DNA of 64,000 nt, from the NCBI GenBank assembly GCA_950097015.1, contig CATNEN010000007.1:1116001-1180000 (forward strand), read 5' to 3'. This document shows, piece after piece, positions 1 to 11,200 of the stretch (the first letter of the stretch is position 1; each line of letters begins with the position of its first letter). A program made the position numbers and the translations under genes. The notes below the pieces were generated by a model. The model made no database searches. It was not told the origin of the DNA and worked only from the letters and a program-made list of their open reading frames with translations. This stretch comes from Macrostomum hystrix (Eukaryota > Animalia > Platyhelminthes).

Positions 1-710
1 CAGATCCCTTATCCGTCAGTCAGATCCCTTATCCATCAGTCAGATCCCTTATCCGTCAGTCAGATCCCTTATCCATCAGTCAGATCCCTTATCCGTCAGT
101 CGGATCCCTTATCCATCAGTCGGATCCCTTATCCATCAGTCGGATCCCTTATCCGTCAGTCGGATCCCTTATCCATCAGTCGGATCCCTTATCCATCAGT
201 CGGATCCCTTATCCGTCAGTCGGATCCCTTATCCATCAGTCGGATCCCTTATCCATCAGTCGGATCCCTTATCCATCAGTCGGATCCCTTATCCATCAGT
301 CGGATCCCTTATCCGTCAGTCAGATCCCTTATCCATCAGTCAGATCCCTTATCCGTCAGTCAGATCCCTTATCCATCAGTCAGATCCCTTATCCGTCAGT
401 CGGATCCCTTATCCGTCAGTCGGATCCCTTATCCGTCAGTCGGATCCCTTATCCGTCAGTCAGATCCCTAATCCGTCAGTCGGATCCCTTATCTGTCAGT
501 CAGATCCCTTATCCGTCAGTCGGATCCCTTATCCGTCAGTCGGATCCCTTATCCGTCAGTCAGATCCCTTATCCGTCAGTCGGATCCCTTATCCGTCAGT
601 CGGATCCCTTATCCGTCAGTCGGATCCCTTATCTGTCAGTCGGATCCCTTATCCGTCAGTCAGATCCCTTATCCGTCAGTCAGATCCCTTATCCGTCAAC
701 TCAAATCCCT
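1..710. repeat. 20-bp minisatellite (CRGATCCCTTATCCRTCAGT)n, runs off the window start
   Basis: About 35 head-to-tail copies, visible as identical 20-nt columns; decays after ~700. Confidence 0.97.
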
Positions 711-1285
711 TATCCAGCAATCGAATCCCTAAGCCGTCAATCTGATTTGTCATCCCTCAGTTAATCGGATCACTCATAGTTCATTGTATCGATCAGCTAT
801 CCGTATGCGGATTAATTCATCCCTTTTGTAGCAATCAAAGGTTTCCCTACGCGTGTAATTCTCAGTAACTTAATATTCAAAGGCATTGTGAACACTAGGC
901 TAGTTTCAGTCTACTGTTTTTCGCCTTCAATAATGCGGTCGCGCCAGTGTTTCTGTGCTTTTCTTATTCAAATCATTTCTTCACTTTGCATGCACAAACT
1001 ACGAGCTGCAAGTATTTTGTTAGAACTGTGCAGCCCAGCGTTCAATCATGTCAGTAATAAAGGAGACATTTTTCAAGTAATAGTCGTCATATTTAGTCTT
1101 CCTTTGAATAATTGTTTGTCATTCACCTTTTCCTTGGAATAAAATGAAATTTTTTGTATACTATTTTCAAATTCGCATCATTCATTGATTCAGTTTATTA
1201 AATTCTTATCTAATAAGGTGCTCTATGTTATTCTTGGTAGTATCTGAATTATTGACATATCTGAATAAATAATCACTTTTCTTCT

Positions 1286-2900
1286 CCTTGGTACCGACAT
1301 GGGTAATTATCTTTCTTGTCCTTGGTACCGACATGGGTAATTATCTTTCTTGTCCTTGGTACCGACATGGGTAATTATCGTTCTTGTCCTTGGTACTGGC
1401 ATGAGTAATTACCTTTCCTCCCCTTGGTACCGACATGGGTAATTATCGTTCTTGTCCTTGGTACTGGCATGAGTAATTACCTTTCCTCCCCTTGGTACCG
1501 ACATGGGTAATTATCGTTCTTGTCCTTGGTACTGGCATGAGTAATTACCTTTCCTCCCCTTGGTACCGACATGGGTAATTATCTTTCTTGTCCTTGGTAC
1601 TGGCATGGCATGAGTAATTACCTTTACTCCCCTTGGTACCGACATGGGTAATTATCGTTCTTGTCCTTGGTACCGACATGGGTAATTATCGTTCTTGTCC
1701 TTGGTACCGACATGAGTAATTACCTTTCCTCCCCTTGGTACCGACATGGGTAATTATCTTTCTTGTCCTTGGTACCGACATGGGTAATTATCTTTCTTGT
1801 CCTTGGTACTGGCATGGCATGAGTAATTACCTTTACTCCCCTTGGTACCGACATGGGTAATTATCGTTCTTGTCCTTGGTACCGACATGGGTAATTATCT
1901 TTCTTGCCCTTGGTACCGACATGGGTAATTATCTTTCTTGTCCTTGGTACTGGCATGGCATGAGTAATTACCTTTACTCCCCTTGGTACCGACATGGGTA
2001 ATTATCTTTCTTGTCCTTGGTACCGACATGGGTAATTATCGTTCTTGTCCTTGGTACTGGCATGAGTAATTACCTTTCCTCCCCTTGGTACCGACATGGG
2101 TAATTATCTTTCTTGCCCTTGGTACCGACATGGGTAATTATCTTTCTTGTCCTTGGTACCGACATGGGTAATTATCTTTCTTGTCCTTGGTACCGACATG
2201 GGTAATTATCTTTCTTGTCCTTGGTACTGGCATGGCATGAGTAATTACCTTTACTCCCCTTGGTACCGACATGGGTAATTATCTTTCTTGCCCTTGGTAC
2301 CGACATGGGTAATTATCTTTCTTGTCCTTGGTACTGGCATGGCATGAGTAATTACCTTTACTCCCCTTGGTACCGACATGGGTAATTATCGTTCTTGTCC
2401 TTGGTACTGGCATGAGTAATTACCTTTCCTCCCCTTGGTACCGACATGGGTAATTATCTTTCTTGCCCTTGGTACCGACATGGGTAATTATCTTTCTTGT
2501 CCTTGGTACCGACATGGGTAATTATCTTTCTTGTCCTTGGTACCGACATGGGTAATTATCTTTCTTGTCCTTGGTACCGACATGGGTAATTATCTTTCTT
2601 GTCCTTGGTACCGACATGGGTAATTATCTTTCTTGTCCTTGGTACCGACATGGGTAATTATCTTTCTTGTCCTTGGTACCGACATGGGTAATTATCTTTC
2701 TTGTCCTTGGTACCGACATGGGTAATTATCTTTCTTTCCCTTGGTACCGACATGGGTAATTATCTTTCTTGTCCTTGGTACCGACATGGGTAATTATCTT
2801 TCTTGTCCTTGGTACCGACATGGGTAATTATCTTTCTTGTCCTTGGTACTGACATGGGTAATTATCTTTCTTGTCCTTGGTACTGACATGGGTAGTTACC
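1286..2900. repeat. 34-bp minisatellite (CCTTGGTACCGACATGGGTAATTATCTTTCTTGT)n with variant units
   Basis: Period of 34 measured between 2161 and 2195. Variant units (GGCATGAGTAATTACCTTTCCTCC) are interspersed, and diverged copies continue to ~3035. Confidence 0.96.
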
Positions 2901-3559
2901 TTTCTTCTTTAGGAACTGACATTAGTAATTACCATTCTACCCCTAGTTACAAGCATGGTTAATTACCTTTCTTCCTTTAGGAACTGACATTAGTAATTAC
3001 CATTCTACCCCCTAGTTACAAGCATGGTTAGTTACTTTTTCACCTTGTAAACCTGAGTTGGTTGTTTATCTGTTAATCAAAGTAACATTTCCTGTCGCCA
3101 ACTTTCTCAATCTAGTTTGCACTGCGTTAGCAATATTTTTATTAGCTAAATTTTAACTAATATCGAATAAAAACTTTACTTCTAGTAATTATTTGAAAAC
3201 AACTAAAGTGTGAGCGACAAGCCTTGATTGCTACTCTAATATTATCTGTCAGTTATTAAGCTCAACCTAACAAATTTCTTCTGCTTATTTCAGTGTCAAT
3301 TTGTCTTATATCTTGCTTGTGAGCTGCTATACAATTGAAAACGTAAATATACTGCACCAATATCGTATTTTCATATATTAATATATGCCTGAAACAAAAA
3401 TCACATAAATAAGAACCACTTTTGATATAGCCACAGTCGGTGATAATATATAATTATACCACAGTCGGTGCAATTGCTGCAGTTCATGCTTTACCTTATG
3501 TTTTTTATTTATCATCACCTTTGCCCAAGAGTTGTTCAAGGTCAGATTTATCCCAACCT

Positions 3560-4750
3560 CTGATTCCTATCTGTCCCATTTCTCTACTCCCATCCATCCC
3601 ACTTCTCTATTCCCATCTGTCCCACTTCTCTATTCCCATCTGTCCCACTTCTCTACTCCCATCCATCCCACTTCTCTATTCCCATCCATCCCACTTCTCT
3701 ATTCCCATCCATCCCACTTCTCTACTCCCATCCATCCCACTTCTCTATTCCCATCTGTCCCACTTCTCTACTCCCATCCATCCCACTTCTCTATTCCCAT
3801 CTGTCCCACTTCTCTACTCCCATCTGTGCCACTTCTCTACTCCCATCCATCCCACTTCTCTATTCCCATCCATCCCACTTCTCTATTCCCATCTGTCCCA
3901 CTTCTCTACTCCCATCCATCCCACTTCTCTATTCCCATCTGTCCCACTTCTCTACTCCCATCTGTGCCACTTCTCTACTCCCATCCATCCCACTTCTCTA
4001 TTCCCATCTGTCCCACTTCTCTATTCCCATCTGTCCCACTTCTCTACTCCCATCCATCCCACTTCTCTATTCCCATCTGTCCCACTTCTCTATTCCCATC
4101 CATCCCACTTCTCTATTCCCATCCATCCCACTTCTCTACTCCCATCCATCCCACTTCTCTATTCCCATCTGTCCCACTTCTCTACTCCCATCCATCCCAC
4201 TTCTCTATTCCCATCTGTCCCACTTCTCTACTCTCATCCATCCCACTTCTCTATTCCCATCTGTCCCACTTCTCTATTCCTATCTGTCCCACTTCTCTAT
4301 TCCTATCTGTCCCACTTCTCTATTCCCATCTGTCCCACTTCTCTATTCCCATCTGTCCCACTTCTCTATTCCCATCTGTCCCACTTCTCTATTCCCATCT
4401 GTCCCACTTCTCTATTCCCATCCATCCCACTTCTCTATTCCCATCCATCCCACTTCTCTACTCCCATCCATCCCACTTCTCTATTCCCATCTGTCCCACT
4501 TCTCTACTCCCATCCATCCCACTTCTCTATTCCCATCTGTCCCACTTCTCTACTCTCATCCATCCCACTTCTCTATTCCCATCTGTCCCACTTCTCTATT
4601 CCTATCTGTCCCACTTCTCTATTCCTATCTGTCCCACTTCTCTATTCCCATCTGTCCCACTTCTCTATTCCCATCTGTCCCACTTCTCTATTCCCATCTG
4701 TCCCACTTCTCTATTCCCATCTGTCCCACTTCTCTACTCCCATCTGTCCC
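3560..4750. repeat. 23-bp pyrimidine-rich minisatellite (CCCACTTCTCTATTCCCATCTGT)n
   Basis: Tandem copies with CCATCC/CTGT variants. Explains ORFs 3440..5299 and 3532..4770. Confidence 0.96.
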
Positions 4751-5377
4751 ACCTCTGCGGTCTCATCTAATCATTTTCTAGTCGTAACTAGTCTCAGATT
4801 TTACATTTTTATGGTATTCTGTTGGTCTAGGCTGCAGTTTTATTTTGTATTTATTATTTCAATTCTAGATTTTCTTATTCTCATTCTCAACGCATCAATT
4901 TATGTGAGTCGGCCACCAGTGTTTTTGGTTGGTAAAAAAGCTTTTGTCAGACGGCTACAGCCCGGCCGTTCATTTGAAACTGCTTCTGATGGGGCAGACC
5001 TTATTCAATGGTTTTGTTTAGACAAATTTTCAATGGCTGGCATGGATGCATCAATACTATTGTTGTTCACTTGTCTCTTTTGCCTAGCCAGTTCTTCGAG
5101 GCTACTTGCCTTATTGTGTGCCTCGTTTTTTACACTTCTAGCTAAAGTTTCATCCTACTGTCTGGCCTCTCATTTTTTGTTCGACAGGGCGTCTATCTGC
5201 TCATACGATTCCAAGAGTAAAGCTTGCTTTATTCTCCAAGTTATTATTATTATTAATATTATCATTATTTTATGCGCGCACTTAAAAAATATTTTTTGAA
5301 AATATTTTTTTAATCAAAACTAACAGTACTAACGAACCGAAAATAAGTAAAAACGAAAGCAAAAAGGAAGGAAAAGC

Positions 5378-5785
5378 TCAGTCTCCCTCAGGCCTCATTA
5401 AGTCCTCCCCTCAGGCCTCATTCAGTCTCTCCCTCAGGCCTCATTCAGTCTCTCCCTCAGGCCTCATTCAGTCTCTCCCTCAGGCCTCATTAAGTCCTCC
5501 CCTCAGGCCTCATTCAGTCTCTCCCTCAGGCCTCATTAAGTCCTCCCCTCAGGCCTCATTCAGTCTCTCCCTCAGGCCTCATTAAGTCCTCCCCTCAGGC
5601 CTCATTCAGTCTCTCCCTCAGGCCTCATTAAGTCCTCCCCTCAGGCCTCATTCAGTCTCTCCCTCAGGCCTCATTAAGTCCTCCCCTCAGGCCCCATTCA
5701 GTCCTCCCCGTCAGCGCATCGTTCAGTCTCTCCCTCAGGCATCATTCAGTCTCTCCCTCAGGTATCATTCAGTCTCTCCCTCAGA
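5378..5785. repeat. 23-bp minisatellite (CAGTCTCTCCCTCAGGCCTCATT)n with two alternating variants
   Basis: Alternates CAGTCTCTCCC and AAGTCCTCCCC units. Confidence 0.93.
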
Positions 5786-6107
5786 TACCGTTGGAGGCAA
5801 CTTCGCGCCCCCTAACTTGCTATTTTATTTTGTGAGAAACGTTTCGAAATGGTTTGCCTCCAGGTAGCAATCTGCTCGCGCCATTGCTATTCAGTCACTG
5901 AGTGCAAAGAGTGTTAAACAGGGAGCGAGCGAGATTGCGCGCGTGTTCTGTCGGTGCTCTTGGCCAGCCTTTAATTGTTGCAAAGCCCTGACTGCGTTTT
6001 CATATGCTGAAAAAATGTTAATTCTCGGAATTCACTAGAGAATACAATGCTTGTGTGCCTCATTCTGAGTCTGCGCGAACCACAATATACTTTAGCCTCG
6101 CTCTATG

Positions 6108-6568
6108 TTTTATCTATTGTGTGTGGAGCGCCAAAGTTCTATGGTGTGTGGAGCAATAAGTTCTATGGTGTGTGGAGCAATAAGTTCTATGGTGTGTGGA
6201 GCAATAAGTTCTATAGTGTGTGGAGCGCCAGAGTTCTATGGTGTGTGGAGCGCCAAAGTTCTATGGTGTGTGGAGCAATAAGTTCTATAGTGTGTGGAGC
6301 GCCAGAGTTCTATGGTGTGTGGAGCGCTAAAGTTCTATGGTGTGTGGAGCGCTAAACTTGGTGTGTGGAGCGCTAAAGTTCTATGGTGTGTGGAGCGCTA
6401 AACTTGGTGTGTGGAGCGCTAAAGTTCTATGGTGTGTGGAGCGCTAAAGTTCTATGGTGTGTGGAGCGCTAAAGTTGGTGTGTGGAGCGCTAAAGTTCTA
6501 TGGTGTGTGGAGCGCTAAAGTTCTATGGTGTGTGGAGCGCTAAAGTTCTATGGTGTGTGGAGCGCCAA
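6108..6568. repeat. 24/25-bp minisatellite (GTTCTATGGTGTGTGGAGCGCTAAA)n
   Basis: Tandem copies seen directly. Confidence 0.93.
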
Positions 6569-7328
6569 AAGATTACACCCCGGGGCGCCAAAGAGCTTGA
6601 AAGATTTTTGTCAACTGCAAGGTCCCCAAATGTCCCCCAAGTGCAATTTCAGCTTTTCCACCTGAGCGAATATCTAAATTCGTTTCTTCTTGTCGCTCAG
6701 CCTCCGTGCCTTAGTTTTTATGCAGCGCTTTTTCATAGCAACCTGTCTGCTCTGCTAGAGCGCTCTTGAAAGTCTCAGCTCATTTAGTAAGCATACAGCC
6801 TCAGGCCCTGTTTGATGGTACACTGTTTCTCACCCCTCCGCCCCACTTCGACTCTAAAGCCTTTTCTCGTCACGTTTTCTCTATACATTGCTTCTAGCTG
6901 CAATTTTTTTCTCGGAACAATTTGGCTCGCTATGAATGTGTCTTCAAGGTGGACTCTCAGCAAAGTGCTCTGGACAAGCTGCCACTGCCAAACAGACTGG
7001 ACAGAAGCCTGCTTTCGGCGGAGCGGACAATGAAGGCCTGGGGATGAGGCCAGTGCTGGAGGAGGGTGGGTTGCTCACCTAAGACTATAAAGTGAGACGC
7101 CAGTGTCGTCTTTCGAGTTTCTCTTTCACGGCACCCAAAGCAACTGCAGTTATTTTTCTAGACGAATTTTCAAAAGCACAAAGCGACTTGATACCGACTT
7201 TGAATTTACTTCGAGTGCCGATTTCAAACGCGTCCAACAGCACCTCTTGGGTAAGTGGGTTTGTTTAAACTCTGTATTCTATAGTAAATTTTAGTTTAAA
7301 AACACATTACTGATTGAAAGGTCTAAAG

Positions 7329-7969
7329 CAGGGGTCGGCAAACTCCGGCCCGCGGGCCAGATGCGGCCCTCGAAGCTCCCAAATCCGGCCCGTTGCCCCT
7401 TCTGACATCTACAGTGTCCTGTTTCATCTCTCTCGTGTCTCATCTCTCCCGTGTCTAATCTCTCCCGTGTCTCATCGCTCTCGTGTCTCATCTCTCCCGT
7501 GTCTCATCTCTCCCGTGTCTCATCTCTCCCGTGTCTCATCTCTCCCGTGTCTCATCTCTCCCGTTTCTAATCTCTCCCGTGTCTCATCTCTCTCGTGTAT
7601 AATCTTTCTGTGTCTCATCTCTCCCGTGTCTAATCTCTCCCGTGTCTCATCTCTCCCGTGTCTAATCTCTCCCGTGTCTCATCGCTCTCGTGTCTCATCT
7701 CTCCCGTGTCTCATCTCTCCTGTGTCTCATCTCTCCCGTGTCTCATCTCTCCCGTGTCTCATCTCTCCTGTGTCTCATCTCTCCCGTGTCTAATCTCTCC
7801 CGTGTCTCATCTCTCTCGTGTATAATCTTTCTGTGTCTCATCTCTCCCGTGTCTAATCTCTCCCGTGTCTCATCTCTCCCCTATCTCATATTTATACAGT
7901 CAATGCGGCCCGCTGTCGTCTTTTAGGTTCTCTCTTTGGCCCGCCAGCAAATAAGTTTGCCTACCCCTG
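7329..7969. mobile_element. Non-autonomous hAT (Charlie-like) MITE carrying an internal 16-bp minisatellite
   Basis: TIRs CAGGGGTCGGCAAACT (7329) and AGTTTGCCTACCCCTG (ends 7969). The 8-bp flanks GTCTAAAG (7321-7328) and GTCTAAAC (7970-7977) resemble the NTCTARAN hAT target. Internal (TCTCATCTCTCCCGTG)n at ~7424-7890. Confidence 0.88.
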
Positions 7970-8249
7970 GTCTAAACGCCCATTTATCGGCACCAGACGA
8001 GGCTTTAAAAAATTGTATATTTAATTTTAATTATTTATTTCAAAAGCCAATACTGTAAGTCAAACAGTTCTTTTAGGTGATCTGCTTTCATCAGATAGTA
8101 TTTGCATAGCCTATTGTAGTCAGAATTCAGCAGCCAATAAAAACGGCCCTTTTTAGTGCCACCGCTTTAAAGAATCAATTAATAATCCTATAAGCATCAC
8201 TAAAAACCGGACCCGTTCTCGTTTCCCGTCTAGGCGAGGCCAGTAAAAG

Positions 8250-11200
8250 ATGGCGGCAACTTCCCACGACCAGCAGGAGATTGAACAGTGGCTTCTGGAT
8301 AACAAGGAGGCTGTTGAGTCTGCCGACTTGGGATGCACTCAACAGGCCCTGTTGGTGCAGCAGGCCAAGCAGGCTGTTCTGCTAGACGAGATCCGGGCTC
8401 TGGAAGGCAAGCTGGACGACTCGAACTCAAACAAGTCGATCGCGACCTCCTTGGCCAAGCTGAAGGCTGTGGAGGGCCAGATATGCGTCAACCAGGAGGC
8501 GCTCACTTACCTGGAGCAGGTGACATCCTTGGAGACGGTTCTGCTGTCCGTCGGGCAACAGGTGATGGAAAAGGCACTGGCCATGTCCCAGGTGACAGAC
8601 GGTGTGGTCCTCGAGGCCAAGAAGGTGAGTGAAAAAACCGACTTGGCTACTATTAGTAGGGTGTTGCACATTAATAATTTTTTTTTCCTTTTTTAAATAG
8701 TTTTTTTAAAGTACTTTTCTCTGTATACAGTAGACTTATTTTTAATTCGCTTGATCATTGTCGAGTGGGGTGGCTGCAGGTATGGGTAGTGGGGTTGCTG
8801 CAGGTATGGGTAGTGGGGTGGCAACGGTTATGTGCAGTGGGGTGGCTGCAGGTATGGGTAGTGGGGTGGCTACGGTAATGTGCAGTGGGGTGGCTGCAGG
8901 TATGGGTAGTGGGGTGGCTACGGTTATGTGCAGTGGGGTGGCTGCAGGTATGGGTAGTGGGGTGGCTGCAGGTATGGGTAGTGGGGTGGCTTCAGGTATA
9001 GGTAGTGGGTTGGCTATGGTTATGTGCAGTGGGGTGGCTGCAGGTATGGGTAGTGGGGTGGCTTCAGGTATGGGTAGTGGGGTGGCTGCAGGTATGGGTA
9101 GTGGGGTGGCTGCAGGTATGGGTAGTGGGGTGGCTTCAGGTATGGGTAGTGGGGTGGCTTCAGGTATGGGTAGTGGGGTGGCTTCAGGTGTGGGTAGTGG
9201 GGTGGCTGCAGGTATGGGTAGTGGGGTGGCTTCAGGTGTGGGTAGTGGGGTGGCTGCAGGTATGGGTAGTGGGGTGGCTGCAGGTATGTGCAGTGGGGTG
9301 GCTGCAGGTATGGGTAGTGGGGTGGCTGCAAGTATGGGTAGTGGGGTGGCTGCAGGTATTGGTAGTGGGGTGGCTGCAGGTATGGGTAGTGGGGTGGCTG
9401 CAGGTATGGGTAGTGGGGTGGCTGCAGGTATGGGTAGTGTGGTGGCTGCAGGTATGTGGAGTGGGGTGGGCGTGTGGATTATTCTAGCCAATCCCGTGCT
9501 ACTACCTTCCTCCCAGGAGCTGTCTGCGGAGATCCTCGGGAGCTGGAGCTGGGTGAGCCAGCTGGCTGATCTGAACCGCCTGCACACCAGAAACGCGGCC
9601 GACTACCAGGCCTTCCACCACGGCGCCTACGAGCTGAACGCCATGCTGAACAGCCGCGCCAGCAGCAGCTGCGCGAGCATCGCCGCCATCCCGGCCAACG
9701 GAATGCTGGGCTCCGTCAAGCGCATGAGCACTGTCCTCACCGTGAGTAGGGGCGATTGAGCTGGGCATTCGCTCTATCCACTTCCAGTTTTACATAAAAT
9801 CCCCAACTCACTTCTCCAGGACAACTTCGCCCAGTTCAACCGCCTGTGGCAGCTGTCTGTGGACCTATCACAGCGCAGCAAGGCTGTAGTGCCGCTGCAC
9901 CTGCGCTTCAGCACGGACGCCTTGCCCTTCATCGGCAAGAATGTCTTCAAGTTCGATGACGGGGAGGTGAGAGCTCGACTTGCTATTTTCAGTGGCTTCA
10001 AATGAGTTTGTTTTCGAAACCTGAAAACCTGAAGCAACACCCACCCCATCCTTGAGGCCACAGCCACCCCATCCTTAAGGCCACAGCCACCCCATCCTTG
10101 AGGCACCAGCCACCCCATCCTCGAGACCACAGCCACCCCATTCTTAAGGCCACAGCCACCCCATCCTTGAGGCCACAGCCACCCCATACTTGAGGCCACA
10201 GCCACCCCATCCTTGAGGCACCAGCCACCCCATCCTCGAGACCACAGCCACCCCATTCTTAAGGTCACAGGCACCCCATCCTTGAGGCCACAGCCACCCC
10301 ATCCTTGAGGCACCAGCCACCCCATCCTCGAGACCACAGCCACCCCATTCTTAAGGTCACAGGCACCCCATCCTTGAGGCCACAGCCACCCCATCCTTGA
10401 GGCACCAGCCACCCCATCCTCGAGACCACAGCCACCCCATTCTTAAGGCCACAGCCACCCCATACTTGAGGCCACAGCCACCCCATCCTTGAGGCACCAG
10501 CCACCACATCCTCGAGACCACAGCCACCCCATTCTTAAGGTCACAGGCACCCCATCCTTGAGGCCACAGCCACCCCATCCTTGAGGCAACACCCACCCCA
10601 TCCTTGAGGCCACAGCCATCCATCCTTGAGGCGGTGACTTTTCAACCCCTAATTAGCCTCCGCCATCCACCGCTTCGTTCTGTCGCGCAGACAGTCCTGG
10701 AGGCCGGTGAGCAGGTGACGGTAATCGACAATTCCCAGTCGTACACCTGGACGGTGAAAAGATCCGATGGCAGCGAGCTGGAGGTGCCCAGCACCTGCAT
10801 CTGGCTGCCGCCCACGGACCCGCAAGCGCTGGAGCTGGCCATCGGGTTCGTCAAATTTTTTCTTTGTTGAATACAAAAATTGCGGATTAAGAAAGGTCAT
10901 GTCAATCGAGCACTTTAAAAATTATAGTTAAACAGTCAGTTGACTCCTTGACAACTCGGCCACGTTTTGGTAAACCACCTATTCCCAAAATTCCAGGCTG
11001 AGACGAAAGCTGCTGAACACCTGGTCGCAGGTTCTTAGCAAAATGCGGCAGTGGTGCGCTGAGTTCTACGACTCTTACCTGAGTCACATGCTCAAGAGTC
11101 CAGTGGTGAGTGTCGGGTGTCATTCGCTCGAAATAAACTCCTTAGCCAATACTAGTCTAACACGCATCACAGACCGTCAGCAAGAAGATCAAGGACCCTG

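Noticed and set aside
1286-2900. 34-bp repeat array as a CRISPR array
   Set aside because: Units are head-to-tail with no unique spacers, there are no cas genes, and the context is eukaryotic. The same applies to the 39-bp and 45-bp arrays.
4860-5240. Hydrophilic coding-like frame on the minus strand, possible alternative genetic code
   Set aside because: Interrupted by both TGA and TAG, with no recognisable motif or splice support.
3440-5299. 619-aa and 412-aa ORFs
   Set aside because: They are translations of the 23-bp minisatellite: the unit is not a multiple of 3 and several frames are open.
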